This document shows positions 31,509 through 40,907 of a stretch of 64,000 bases of DNA, piece after piece. Source of the DNA: an uncultured virus (IMG/VR IMGVR_UViG_3300017722_003044) (lineage: Duplodnaviria; Heunggongvirae; Uroviricota; Caudoviricetes); the IMG/VR virus record IMGVR_UViG_3300017722_003044; one strand, written 5' to 3'. Numbering within the stretch: the stretch's first letter is position 1; each line of letters begins with the position of its first letter. A program made the translations under genes and the position numbers. Under the pieces are notes generated by a model. The model saw only the letters and a list, made by a program, of their open reading frames with translations, had not been told where the DNA came from and made no database searches.

Positions 31509-31835
31509 ATGGCAACAGGAAGATTGGGAGCAGCGAACTTAGGAGCTGCTGCTTTGAACACAGTGTACCTTTGTCCAGCTGATACGTTTGCAGTGGTTGC
31601 TGTGAACTTCCTAAATCGAGGCAATCAGGCTCAGACCTTTAGATTGGCTGTGGCTACGACAGACACACCAAACGCAAACGGATCTGAATGGATTGAGTAC
31701 GATGTGGAAGTGCTATCCAAAGGAGTGCTGGAAAGAACCGGCTTAGTTTTGGCAGCATCACAGAGATTAGTGGCATACGCATCAGGGGGCAACGCTAGTG
31801 TGGTGGTTTACGGCATTGAAACATCAACGCTGTAA
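31509..31835 (+). CDS. Small structural protein (108 aa), related to 8812 and 17496
   Basis: VYLCPA...VVAVNFLNRG...LERTGLVL...VVVYGIE. SD AGGAG. Confidence 0.7.
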   Translation: MATGRLGAANLGAAALNTVYLCPADTFAVVAVNFLNRGNQAQTFRLAVATTDTPNANGSEWIEYDVEVLSKGVLERTGLVLAASQRLVAYASGGNASVVVYGIETSTL

Positions 31836-31881
31836 TATTACATACAATAGCATAAATACAAGCAAACAAAAGGACTAAAAC

Positions 31882-32214
31882 ATGGGAAGATACATATCAA
31901 CAACCGGAACCGCTGGCATAGTGATCAGAGAAGTTACGACCACTTATCAAGCAGTGGTAAATGATAGAATTTTAGCAAACAGCTCAGCTGGTGCTTTTAC
32001 TATCACTTTGCCTCTGAATGCAAGTTTGTTGAACAATGACACCATTCAAATCATAGATGTTGGCAGTGCTGCAGGCACCAACAACATCACCGTGGCTAGA
32101 AATGGTTCATTAATCAACGGTGCAGCTGATAATTTAACAATTGACTTGAATCAAGCAATTGTGACTTTGATCTACACAGGGGTTACTAACGGTTGGATTG
32201 TGGGCGCAGTATAA
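31882..32214 (+). CDS. Small fibre-module protein (T4 gp34-repeat-like)
   Basis: ANSSAGAFTITLP...D.IQIID...NNITVARNGS.ING...L.Y....GW is a typical tail-fibre repeat unit. Confidence 0.7.
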   Translation: MGRYISTTGTAGIVIREVTTTYQAVVNDRILANSSAGAFTITLPLNASLLNNDTIQIIDVGSAAGTNNITVARNGSLINGAADNLTIDLNQAIVTLIYTGVTNGWIVGAV

Positions 32215-32265
32215 TATAAAAATAAATTTTATACAGCATCACATACCAGAAAAGGATTTGAAAGA

Positions 32266-33249
32266 ATGGCAAGTTTAAAAACACTCACTGCAACTAAGAG
32301 ATCTGACTTTCCACAGGTCACCGAAACCAATGTGGAAGCTGGACAAATCTTTCACTTTTCCATGGGAGCCAACTTTGAAGTTTTCAACAATGGTATCTGT
32401 TTCAAACCCTGTCAATCAGGCACAGCCATAATTGAATTGTGGGGAGCTGGAGGATCAGCTGCTCAAATGTGTTGTTGCGGATTTGGTCTGCCAGGCAATC
32501 CAGGTGCTTATGCACGCAAAACTGTAGTTTTATCATGCTGTGGATACATCTCTGGACAAGTAGGAAATTCATGTGGCAATTCAAGCGCACTGTGTTTTAG
32601 AGGATGTGGAGATGCCACAGGCGTAACTTATTATCCCATTGGCACAGGTGCAGGACAAGGTTGCGTGTGTGCTCAGGGTGGTAGAGGTGGAATTTCTTAT
32701 TGCAGCACAGGCACCAATGCCTATTGCTGTTTTTTATCAGGCGCATTTTATAGCAGTATAGGTTTAGATGGCAACTGCGGCATTGTGTGCAACAAATGCT
32801 GTTCAGGTGGATGGTGTGCTCAGTCCTACGGTGGAGATTTAAATTGTCCAGGTGGATTCAGTTGTGTGAGTTTCCTTGGAGCATCAGGCAGTTCATGTCC
32901 TTGTCAATCAAATGTTCACGTGCAAGGTCCTGCAGGATATTTTTCCAAATGCGGAGTAGTGGTATCTTACAATTCAGATGACGGCAATGGTTTTGCCAAC
33001 TGGTCAGGTCAAGGCAGAGGTCAGTATGCTCAAGCATTGGCAGCTGCCAGCAGATGGCCACAAATGGGAGCTCAAATGGCCACTTGTTGGGGATTTTCAG
33101 GCAATTGTGGTTGTTATGAAAATGAAGGATGTCAACATCTATTACCGCCAGGATTTCCTGGGGGAATACCACACCCATGCCCAGGCGTGAGAGATCACGC
33201 ACAGCGAGGTGGTATGGGAGCAATCAGAATTAAATGGATAGCAGGATAA
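32266..33249 (+). CDS. Cys/Gly-rich protein 1 (glycine-rich fibre-tip-like domain)
   Basis: IELWGAGGS...MCCCGFGLPGNPGAY...RGG.G.IRI. 30 Cys in 327 aa (counted by hand). Confidence 0.8.
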   Translation: MASLKTLTATKRSDFPQVTETNVEAGQIFHFSMGANFEVFNNGICFKPCQSGTAIIELWGAGGSAAQMCCCGFGLPGNPGAYARKTVVLSCCGYISGQVGNSCGNSSALCFRGCGDATGVTYYPIGTGAGQGCVCAQGGRGGISYCSTGTNAYCCFLSGAFYSSIGLDGNCGIVCNKCCSGGWCAQSYGGDLNCPGGFSCVSFLGASGSSCPCQSNVHVQGPAGYFSKCGVVVSYNSDDGNGFANWSGQGRGQYAQALAAASRWPQMGAQMATCWGFSGNCGCYENEGCQHLLPPGFPGGIPHPCPGVRDHAQRGGMGAIRIKWIAG

Positions 33250-33253
33250 TCAT

Positions 33254-34252
33254 ATGCCAACACTGAGATCATTGATAGAAACTAAATTAGCATTCCAGTT
33301 GCAAGGATTGGAATCAAACGTAGAAGAAGGCAGAATTTGGGCTTATTCTCCCGGCACAGCAGTGGGCACTAACTTTCATTGCGGTGTGTGTTGGATATCA
33401 CCAGGCACAGGCACAGCTACCATAGAGATATGGGGAGCAGGTGGATCTGGAGCAAAAATGTGTTGCTGCGGATTTGGTCTGCCAGGCAATCCAGGTGCTT
33501 ACTCCAGTAGAACTGTCAGTGTGACAGTGGGCTGCTGCATCAGAGGTCAAACAGGAATAAGCTGTGGTAACTCAGACGATTTATGCTACAGAGGCAGATC
33601 TGAAAGCACGGGTATCTGCTGGCAAGGCAACGGCACCAACGGATGTATGTGTGCAGAAGGTGGTCAAGGTGGATACAGCTATTGTTCTACCACTCCATCA
33701 GCCTATTGCTGCTTTGGAGCCAACGGATTTTGCAACACAAAAACAGCAGGTGAAAACTGCGGAATTATTTGTAACTACAGAGGCGCGGGCTGTGCCATTC
33801 ACCAAGCTCAATCATACGGCGGCACTTGCAACATGGCAGGTGGATTCAGCTGTGTGAGTTTCTTTGGATGTTTGCCCACATGTCCTTGTGCATTCTGGTA
33901 TCACATGAGAACTCCACCCAAAATGTATGCAGACTGTGGAGCATGGGTCACATACACCAACGATGTGGACAATGGAGCCTATAACTGGAGCGGTGGATCA
34001 TTGTATGGTTATATTCACACTTTAGGATTGGTTTCTAGAAATCCAACACATGGTGGAAACTATTCAGCCTGTTGGACTGGAAATAGATATTGCGGTTGCT
34101 ACAACATGAACGGTTGCATAGCGTTTGTGCCTCCTGGTCATGGTGGACCACCACCACATCCATGTCCAGATGTGAGAGATCATGCCTACCGAGGTGGTCA
34201 TGGTATAATTAGAATTAAATACGTGGGAACAGGATATTTGGGGTTAAACTAA
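33254..34252 (+). CDS. Cys/Gly-rich protein 2
   Basis: Paralogue of 32266. 30 Cys in 332 aa. Confidence 0.8.
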   Translation: MPTLRSLIETKLAFQLQGLESNVEEGRIWAYSPGTAVGTNFHCGVCWISPGTGTATIEIWGAGGSGAKMCCCGFGLPGNPGAYSSRTVSVTVGCCIRGQTGISCGNSDDLCYRGRSESTGICWQGNGTNGCMCAEGGQGGYSYCSTTPSAYCCFGANGFCNTKTAGENCGIICNYRGAGCAIHQAQSYGGTCNMAGGFSCVSFFGCLPTCPCAFWYHMRTPPKMYADCGAWVTYTNDVDNGAYNWSGGSLYGYIHTLGLVSRNPTHGGNYSACWTGNRYCGCYNMNGCIAFVPPGHGGPPPHPCPDVRDHAYRGGHGIIRIKYVGTGYLGLN

Positions 34253-35214
34253 TGCCAGGATTAAAAAGTATATTAGCAAGTAGAGTCAGTTACGAAGTGG
34301 TTGAAACCAACCTAGAACAAGGTGTGATTTATGCCTTTTCACCCGGCACATTCTACACACAATACTGCAACGGCTTCTGTTGGAAGCCACCAGCTGCAGG
34401 TTGTGCCATTGTGGAGCTTTGGGGCGCAGGTGGATCTGGATCTCGTATGTGTTGTTGTGGTGGAGGACTGCCCGGCAATGCAGGCGCTTACGCTAGAAAA
34501 AGTATTGAAGTGGACACTGCCAACTTTGTGTGTGGCTGTGTGGGTTTCCCTCGCTACGCACACGATTTATGTTTTTCAGGTTGTGGTGATCCCAGCACAA
34601 TATGTTGGACTAGCACCACTGCCAACGGTTGTTTGTGTAGTAGAGGTGGCCGAGGTGGCACCAGTTTTTGCAGCACCAGCACCAGCATGTGGTGTTGTTT
34701 TTATGCCAATGGATTTTGCGGATTTGGACCCATCAATGACCACTGCGGTATTTTGTGCAATCATTGTGCAGGAGGTTGGGAAGCACTGGCCTATGGCGGT
34801 GACATCAACTGTTGCGGCACCATTGGATGTTCAACTTTCCTAGGTTGTTATCCCACTTGTCCTTGTCAAACCATTCACCATGCGCCTCTGCCAGCTTACA
34901 TGTTTGCAGAAAAAGGTGCTAGAGTGAGTTTTCAAACCAATGATGGTGGTATACACAATAGTGGTATGTCAGGCAGTCAGTTGCCCAGTTATTTTGGAGC
35001 GTTGGCAGGAGTCAACAAACAGCCCACCAGAGGATCTTTCAACAGCTATTGCTGGAGATCAGACAGATCCTGCGGCTGTTATGAAATGCAAGGCTGTTCA
35101 GCTTACTTGCCTATTGGAGCAGGTGGACTGCCTCCACAACCATGTCCAGATGTGAGAGATCACGGAATCAGAGGCGGCTGGGGCGGCATGCGTATCAGAT
35201 TTATTGCTTCTTAA
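34252..35214 (+). CDS. Cys/Gly-rich protein 3
   Basis: Paralogue. 31 Cys in 320 aa. TAATG coupling. Confidence 0.8.
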   Translation: MPGLKSILASRVSYEVVETNLEQGVIYAFSPGTFYTQYCNGFCWKPPAAGCAIVELWGAGGSGSRMCCCGGGLPGNAGAYARKSIEVDTANFVCGCVGFPRYAHDLCFSGCGDPSTICWTSTTANGCLCSRGGRGGTSFCSTSTSMWCCFYANGFCGFGPINDHCGILCNHCAGGWEALAYGGDINCCGTIGCSTFLGCYPTCPCQTIHHAPLPAYMFAEKGARVSFQTNDGGIHNSGMSGSQLPSYFGALAGVNKQPTRGSFNSYCWRSDRSCGCYEMQGCSAYLPIGAGGLPPQPCPDVRDHGIRGGWGGMRIRFIAS

Positions 35215-35259
35215 TGATATATGTTGATAAATACACTAAATAGTAACAAGGAATAAAAT

Positions 35260-35913
35260 ATGATAACAAAAAATTTTACAATACCTTTGGCAGATGAACC
35301 CTATGTGGACACCACTGCACTCAATAACACATATGCAGCCACTTATAAAGGTCCAAAATATATAAAAGTTGCCATTGACAGCACAAGTAAAGTTGTTGAA
35401 AGAGTAGTATCATCAGCTGACACCATGGCTGAACTTGATCAAATGTTCACACCTACAGAAGCCAATCATACCTATCATGTGATGGATGCATCAACGCACA
35501 CTTTTGAAGCAGCATATCTCACTGGCATGTATGACACAGGTCCTGTAGAAAATTACACAGAAACTTTACCTACCAGAAATGCCGCGGGTGAATTTGAAAC
35601 TTTTACTTATGGTTGGGATGACAACACAGGCATGATTCAACAACAATATTTTATTTTAGATATGAAATATGAAAACGGTAATTTTGTAAGACCTAGATTT
35701 AGAGTACATGCATTAACCAGAGCGAGTTTCTTAGCATCAATGCAAGTGCAAATTGCCTCTATCACCACAGCTTTAGAAAGCAATCAAGAATTGACAGATG
35801 AAGCAAGAGGCCAATTAGAGACCTATAAAACTTGGTTAGAAAATCTTCCAGTAAAGTATGCAAACGTAAAACATTGGAAAATTCCATTCGTTTTGCCAGT
35901 ACCAACATACTAA
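35260..35913 (+). CDS. Putative tail-fibre assembly chaperone-like protein
   Basis: C-terminal LETYKTWLENLP...W..PF..P resembles the Y...L.DLP ending of fibre chaperones. Follows the Cys-rich trio. Confidence 0.45.
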   Translation: MITKNFTIPLADEPYVDTTALNNTYAATYKGPKYIKVAIDSTSKVVERVVSSADTMAELDQMFTPTEANHTYHVMDASTHTFEAAYLTGMYDTGPVENYTETLPTRNAAGEFETFTYGWDDNTGMIQQQYFILDMKYENGNFVRPRFRVHALTRASFLASMQVQIASITTALESNQELTDEARGQLETYKTWLENLPVKYANVKHWKIPFVLPVPTY

Positions 35914-35982
35914 ATCAAGAATAATTCATCCATACATATACGTTGATATATAATAACGTGTGTAAGCTCACACCATTTATAT

Positions 35983-36927
35983 ATGAATAGATCCAAAGCA
36001 TTTTTCCTCAATGGTGGCATAGGTAGAATCCTATGTGCTATTCCTGCATTAGAAAAATATGCAGAAGAATCATCAGATAAAGATTTTTTGGTAATCTGTG
36101 AAGGTGCAGTGGACATACTAAAAGGCCATCCTTTGCTGGATAAAAAAACTTACGATATATTTCATAAAAATTTATTTCATTCCAAACTGCAGAGTAAAGA
36201 TGTGGTGAGTTTAGAACCATACAGAGTATGGGAATACTATAATCAAAAATGTAATCTATCACAAGCCTTTGACATCTTGATCAACAACAAAGGAGTGCGA
36301 TCTTTGCCCAAACCCACAGTGGTGCTCAGCAAAGAAGAAATTGCACAAGGACAAAAAGTAATAGATGAGATCAAAACTAAAATTAAAAAAGAAAAAACAA
36401 TTGTTTTTCAACCATTTGGTAGAGGCGTAGAACACATTGATAAAACTATTATAGATAAAACAGGACGCAGTCTTGAATACAAAGATGTAAAAAAACTTAT
36501 CGGGAAGTTGCAAAAAGAAGGTTTTGCAGTAATACTGATGTCTGAGTTTGGATTGGAACTTAAGAATCAAAACTACACAGATGAAGTTGCTATGCCTGAA
36601 GGGTTAAATCTTAGACAGTGGACTTCAGTAATCAAACATGCAGATCATTTCTTTGGATGTGACAGTGTAGGACAACATTTAGCATATATTGTTGGCACTC
36701 CTAGCACAGTGGTGTTGGGTCCTACATATCCCATCAACACCAGTTATCCCGAATGTGAATATTTTAATATCATGGACATGGGAGAGGTAGACCGAGAATA
36801 TGATCCTATTAGAATTACTATGGATGAAAGAATCTCTCGTAAAAACGAGATCCTCATGTCTATGAATGAAGAAATAGAAGATTATGCAATCAATACTATC
36901 ATGGGAAGAAACAAAGATGACAAGTAA
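35983..36927 (+). CDS. GT9-like (heptosyltransferase-like, GT-B) glycosyltransferase 1
   Basis: GGIGRILCAIPAL (compare GT9 G.GD.....P.L) and VIKHADHFFGCDSVGQHLA...GTPSTVVLGPT (compare DSG..HLA.A.G.P.V.LFG.T). Confidence 0.7.
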   Translation: MNRSKAFFLNGGIGRILCAIPALEKYAEESSDKDFLVICEGAVDILKGHPLLDKKTYDIFHKNLFHSKLQSKDVVSLEPYRVWEYYNQKCNLSQAFDILINNKGVRSLPKPTVVLSKEEIAQGQKVIDEIKTKIKKEKTIVFQPFGRGVEHIDKTIIDKTGRSLEYKDVKKLIGKLQKEGFAVILMSEFGLELKNQNYTDEVAMPEGLNLRQWTSVIKHADHFFGCDSVGQHLAYIVGTPSTVVLGPTYPINTSYPECEYFNIMDMGEVDREYDPIRITMDERISRKNEILMSMNEEIEDYAINTIMGRNKDDK

Positions 36928-38728
36928 AACATCAGGATACATTGCTGCCATAGCACGTGGTCACAATAGCGGAGTGTGTCTATTAAAAGATGGCAAGGTA
37001 GTTTTTTCTATTGAGGAAGAAAGATTAAGCAGAGCAAAATACGATGGAGGTCCTTTTGCATCCATGGTTGAAATATTGAAATATACTGATAAGATAGATT
37101 ATCTTGTGGTCGCACACACTCAAAAAATTAAAGACACAGCAGGTCGTATTGATTTCACCGGAGATGACGTGTACACTGGATTAGCAAGAAAATTAGGGTT
37201 AATAAATCGTCAAGCAGATGTGATGAATCATCCCCAAGTGGTTGATCTAAGTCATGTGCATCACAAACTACATGCTGCTTGTGCTTTTTATAGATCAGGT
37301 TGGGACAGTGCAGTCAGCGTAATAGTAGATGGAGCTGGCACTTTCCTTGGCATAAACAATAGTTTGCAAGGTCCGATTACTGTGTGGGAAGTTGAATCTA
37401 TTATAGATTGTGCGTATCCAGCTAAATTTAAATCATTGTACAAACACTATGGTACTAGAGAACCAGTGCTAGGTTGCGTGCTGAAAAATTTTCCTTCAGA
37501 GATTACAGATGAATCTGGTCAAACTCATGAAGCAGTGTTCAGCGATCGAGCTGGCATTGTGAAAGTGTATGAAGCAGTTACACAATATTGTGGATTTATG
37601 CCTATTGAGGCTGGAAAAACAATGGGATTATTTCCTTATGGTAAACCCAATCATAAAATTCCTAAATTATTTGAAACTGATTCTTTAGTAGAACTATCAA
37701 ATAGAAATTTGATATTACCCACCTATCCTAACGCTGCTTTAGTGAACTCACAATTATTTGATTTTTTAGAGGATCCTACAGGAGTGCAGCAAGAAGATGT
37801 AACCAAGTTAGAAAACCGTAGAGACTTAGCCTATGCTTGTCAGTTAGAAACTCAAGCTCAAGTTTTAAAATTAATTCGCAAGGCAGTAGCAATGACTAAT
37901 AATAAAAAAGTAGTGCTATCAGGAGGCTATGGATTGAATTGTGTAGCAAATTACTATTATTTAGAACATCTAAGAAAAGACGGAGTTGAATTGTATGTTG
38001 AACCCATATCTAATGATGCTGGTACAGCAATGGGAGCAGCATTACTGTTTTATCATCAAATATTTGCAGACAAGACTCCTAAAGTTCATGATACATTGTA
38101 TCTAGGTCCCGATAAAGAATATAGTATTACAGATATTGAAAGCAAAATCAAAACTAATCCTAAAATTTTTATGAGTGAAGCCACACACAAAGATATTGTA
38201 AAGCTCTTAAGAGCTAAAAATATTGTAGCAATATTTCAAGGCAAATCTGAAAACGGTCCAAGAGCATTGGGTAACAGATCCATTTTGTTTGATCCAACAT
38301 TCAAGGATGGCAAAGATTTTGTTAATATTATAAAAAAGAGAGAATACTTTAGACCATTTGCTGGCACAGTGTTACAAGATGATGTGCATGATTGGTTTGA
38401 TTTGCGTGGTATGAAAGATTCTCCATTTATGATGTATGCTGTAAATTGCCAACCAGGAGTGGCTGAAAAAATTCCTTCAATTATCCATGTGGATGGCACT
38501 TGTAGAATACAAACCGTCACAGAAAAACAGAATAAACATTACTATGATCTTATAAAACAATTTAAAGAAGAAACAGGTATACCTATATTATTCAATACTT
38601 CATTTAATTTAGGAGGAGAGCCTTTGGTAGAAAGTTTTGATGATGCGATTAGAACATTAGAAAATTCTAAAATTGAATATCTATATCTTCCTGAACACGG
38701 CAAGCTAATTCACATAGCAAACAACTAA
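36917..38728 (+). CDS. NodU/CmcH-family O-carbamoyltransferase
   Basis: EEERLSR.K, HH.LHA..AFY.S, VDGAG, GKTMGL.PYG, SGG.GLNCVAN, NDAGTAMGAA, GPRALGNRSIL, RE.FRPFA, HVDGTCRIQTV, NTSFNL.GEPLVE. Likely start is ATG 36917. Confidence 0.93.
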   Translation: MTSKTSGYIAAIARGHNSGVCLLKDGKVVFSIEEERLSRAKYDGGPFASMVEILKYTDKIDYLVVAHTQKIKDTAGRIDFTGDDVYTGLARKLGLINRQADVMNHPQVVDLSHVHHKLHAACAFYRSGWDSAVSVIVDGAGTFLGINNSLQGPITVWEVESIIDCAYPAKFKSLYKHYGTREPVLGCVLKNFPSEITDESGQTHEAVFSDRAGIVKVYEAVTQYCGFMPIEAGKTMGLFPYGKPNHKIPKLFETDSLVELSNRNLILPTYPNAALVNSQLFDFLEDPTGVQQEDVTKLENRRDLAYACQLETQAQVLKLIRKAVAMTNNKKVVLSGGYGLNCVANYYYLEHLRKDGVELYVEPISNDAGTAMGAALLFYHQIFADKTPKVHDTLYLGPDKEYSITDIESKIKTNPKIFMSEATHKDIVKLLRAKNIVAIFQGKSENGPRALGNRSILFDPTFKDGKDFVNIIKKREYFRPFAGTVLQDDVHDWFDLRGMKDSPFMMYAVNCQPGVAEKIPSIIHVDGTCRIQTVTEKQNKHYYDLIKQFKEETGIPILFNTSFNLGGEPLVESFDDAIRTLENSKIEYLYLPEHGKLIHIANN

Positions 38729-38729
38729 T

Positions 38730-39680
38730 ATGAACAAAGCATTTTTTATAAATGGTGGAGCTGGAAGAACTCTATGTTCAGTGTCAGCATTAGAGAATTA
38801 TGCCATAGATAACCCCAATGACGATTTTATTATTGTGTGTGAAGGCGGCACAGATTTTTACAAAGGGCATCCTAAACTGCATTTCAGATCCTATGATGTA
38901 TGGCATAAAAATTTATTCAATGAATATCTAAAAGATAGACAATTAATTACACCTGAACCTTACAGAATTTGGGAATATTACAATCAAAAATGTAGTATAG
39001 CTCAAGCATATGATATAGAAATTAATAACAAAGGCATAAGAAAGTTAGAAATTCCTAAAATATTTTTGTCTAAAGAAGAATTAATCATGGCTAGACAGAT
39101 GATTAATGAAGTGAAAGAAAAAACTAAAAAAGAAAAAGTAATTGTGTTCCAACCTTTTGGACGTGTATCTAAAAAAGATAACGAGGACTTTGTAGATGTT
39201 AGTGGTAGAAGTTTTGAGATAGAAAATACCATGAGTTTAATAAGACAATTGGGCAAACAGTATGGCATTATATTGATGTCTGAATACGCAATTGATTTTG
39301 CCAAATATCAAATTAATTTTCCTATCGCCGCTCCTCAACAAGTGCATGTAAGGGTATGGAGTGCAGTGATCAAAATGTGTGATCATTTTTTAGGTTGTGA
39401 CAGCTTGGGTCAACATATAGCAAATGCATTTGACAAGACTGCCACAGTAGTATTTGGATCAACTTTTCCAGAAAACGTATCATACCCTGCCAACAACAAA
39501 TTTGATATCATCGACATGAATAAAGACAATAGAATTTATAGTCCTATACGTATTACCATGGATGAATACGCAGATCGAGCCAATGAAGATGCTATGAAGA
39601 TGGATAAAGAAGTAGAAAACAGAATAGTACAATCTGTTCAAAGCATGATCAAACATGGTCAAAAGAAGATTAAAAAATAA
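38730..39680 (+). CDS. GT9-like glycosyltransferase 2, paralogue of 35983
   Basis: KAFFINGGAGR.LC, EPYRIWEYYNQKC, VFQPFGR and DHFLGCDSLGQH.A shared with 35983. Confidence 0.7.
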   Translation: MNKAFFINGGAGRTLCSVSALENYAIDNPNDDFIIVCEGGTDFYKGHPKLHFRSYDVWHKNLFNEYLKDRQLITPEPYRIWEYYNQKCSIAQAYDIEINNKGIRKLEIPKIFLSKEELIMARQMINEVKEKTKKEKVIVFQPFGRVSKKDNEDFVDVSGRSFEIENTMSLIRQLGKQYGIILMSEYAIDFAKYQINFPIAAPQQVHVRVWSAVIKMCDHFLGCDSLGQHIANAFDKTATVVFGSTFPENVSYPANNKFDIIDMNKDNRIYSPIRITMDEYADRANEDAMKMDKEVENRIVQSVQSMIKHGQKKIKK

Positions 39681-39704
39681 TACAATTTACAGGTAAATAC
39701 ACAC

Positions 39705-40121
39705 ATGTTCAATGTAAACAACTTGTTTGGCAAGGGCGTAAAAAACACTTTACTGTTAAAAAACGGTTTGAATTTTTCAGTGGGAGGACCATTCATAAGC
39801 ATCCAAACAGACACTTTAATAGATAGATGGCAATTCACATCTGTGTCAGCTGCTGAATATACTCTAATGGTAGACTATGATACCAACAACAAAGAAATTA
39901 TAAGATGTTTACTGGTAGGTGGGCCAAATGCTGCCACTGTGACCATATACGGTCGTGGCAATCTTGGTAATGAACTAATCAATCTCACAGCCACAGTGAA
40001 TGACTCATATGTGGAACTGAAAGCCACCCCAGCACAAGGCGCCGACAGCACTGTATACAGTGGTTCCAAATGCATATTTCAAGCCACGTATTTTGAAACT
40101 TTGAATCCTATCACACGCTAA
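39705..40121 (+). CDS. Small structural protein (138 aa)
   Basis: ID.W....V.AAEY...V beta-domain pattern. TAAATA 5 nt upstream. Confidence 0.6.
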   Translation: MFNVNNLFGKGVKNTLLLKNGLNFSVGGPFISIQTDTLIDRWQFTSVSAAEYTLMVDYDTNNKEIIRCLLVGGPNAATVTIYGRGNLGNELINLTATVNDSYVELKATPAQGADSTVYSGSKCIFQATYFETLNPITR

Positions 40122-40165
40122 AATACCAGCTGGCCTTAGATAAATACACTAAAAATTAGACATTT

Positions 40166-40873
40166 ATGCCAGTAGTCAATAATCCATTAAAGTCGTTGTA
40201 TGGCTTTCAAAGCCCTTCATTCAGTGTGAATGCTGCTGGTAATCTTGTGGCTGTTGATGTCACTGTGAACAACATCACAGCCAACGACATTACGGCCGAT
40301 GATATCACAAGCGATCAAGCAAGCACCACAACATTGTTAGTGGGCGCTGCTACCAATTTACTGGGTACTCTTGCAGTGGCAGGAGTATCGACTTTTACAA
40401 ACACCACTGCTGCGCAAAGTTTAAACATTGCTGCTGTAAAGATAGCAGGAGGAGTGGCCATTCAAAATAATTTGTTAGTCAACGCTAATAGCACATTCAA
40501 CAATGACTTGACCATAGGTGAAGATTTAACAGTGCAAAACAATATTCAGGTCAATGATTCATTGATCACTGATCGCATCACTACCATTAACGATGGCAGC
40601 ACATTGACAGATTTATTGATCCAACCTGTGAGAAACGTTATTTTTAAAACTGCTGGTAATAACACAGAATTAGGCAGAATAGATGCCACAGGATCTACTG
40701 TGCCGGTGAAAAATACCAGTATCAACAACACCAGTATAGGACTCACAGTGGCCAGCACTGCTGCATTCGTAAGCGGCACCGTGGTCAACACTCCTACAGC
40801 AGCCAATAATATCACTAGAAAAGACTATGTGGATCGTACAGCCGTGGCTTTCTCCGTGGCTTTAGGGGGATAG
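40166..40873 (+). CDS. Fibre-like structural protein
   Basis: V.IAGGVAI..NL.V repeats, INNT.IG, T.KDYVD and C-terminal AVAFSVALGG. Confidence 0.7.
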   Translation: MPVVNNPLKSLYGFQSPSFSVNAAGNLVAVDVTVNNITANDITADDITSDQASTTTLLVGAATNLLGTLAVAGVSTFTNTTAAQSLNIAAVKIAGGVAIQNNLLVNANSTFNNDLTIGEDLTVQNNIQVNDSLITDRITTINDGSTLTDLLIQPVRNVIFKTAGNNTELGRIDATGSTVPVKNTSINNTSIGLTVASTAAFVSGTVVNTPTAANNITRKDYVDRTAVAFSVALGG

Positions 40874-40907
40874 GTAAATACAATGCGCAAACTCAACTTA
40901 GTGGAAA

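Noticed and set aside
20033..35214. Diversity-generating retroelement acting on fibre genes
   Set aside because: No reverse transcriptase in the window, and no ~100-nt repeat pair differing only at adenines was seen.
32266..35214. c-type cytochromes or classical ferredoxins
   Set aside because: No CxxCH heme-binding or CxxCxxCxxxC motifs were found among the Cys residues.
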